64,000 bases of DNA from an uncultured Phycisphaerales bacterium (GTDB lineage: Bacteria > Planctomycetota > Phycisphaerae > Tepidisphaerales > Tepidisphaeraceae), in NCBI GenBank assembly GCA_963758525.1, contig CAVWVQ010000002.1, positions 392,350 to 456,349 of the forward strand, in the 5' to 3' direction. Within the stretch, counting starts at the first letter, position 1. The number at the start of each line of letters is the position of its first letter. The notes below the pieces were generated by a model. That model saw nothing but the letters and a program-made list of their open reading frames with translations. It searched no databases and was not told the origin of the DNA. The position numbers were made by a program, and so were the translations under genes. This document shows, one piece after another, positions 63,831 to 64,000 of this stretch.

Positions 63831-64000
63831 GTCAGGCCGGTCAGGTCAGCTTCTTGGATGCGAAGGGAGTCCGGCCCACCTTACCCCCGGCCCACCTGCC
63901 CCCCCTTCCTCACCCCCCTTCCCACCCCGCTGTGCTTTGCGAAGCGAACAGGACAGACCCTAACTGTCTTCCTTGCTTCTGTCGTTCTCCTTTAAAACGC

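Overview
GC-rich bacterial chromosomal window, most likely a planctomycete of class Phycisphaerae (Tepidisphaerales-like). This is inferred from three 'ESLE(S/T)R.LL'-type N-terminal motifs, T(Q/T)RP-like motifs after signal peptides, and planctomycete-type small proteins and repeats. The left and central parts (1-48 kb) hold housekeeping and metabolic genes: VIT-vWA, GH16, MFS, methyltransferase, rhomboid, an RsbW/RsbV-like pair, pyk, sugar oxidoreductases, obgE-rpmA, dnaA, dnaG-rpoD, RdgC-like, xdhC/xdhAB and a Ser/Thr kinase. These are interspersed with several REP-like palindrome families, inverted arrays of 7-8-mer tandem repeats, and small TA/defence-like inserts (a tandem DUF4365-like nuclease pair, a solo nucleotidyltransferase, MNT-HEPN). 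The right end (about 53.7-64 kb) is a mosaic accessory region. It contains two RAYT/Y1 HuH transposases (one bounded by 12-bp inverted repeats), scattered copies of the same end motifs, three 5'-truncated Mrr-zinc-finger fragments (two fused to a duplicated hairpin), group II intron RT and ORF6N remnants, a candidate orphan toxin/immunity cassette, and a candidate antitoxin/ADP-ribosyltransferase-like pair. Single-base frameshifts in many genes, including rpoD and pyk, suggest sequencing or assembly indels. I saw no rRNA, tRNA or CRISPR array. All family assignments are by motif recognition only; no searches were run.
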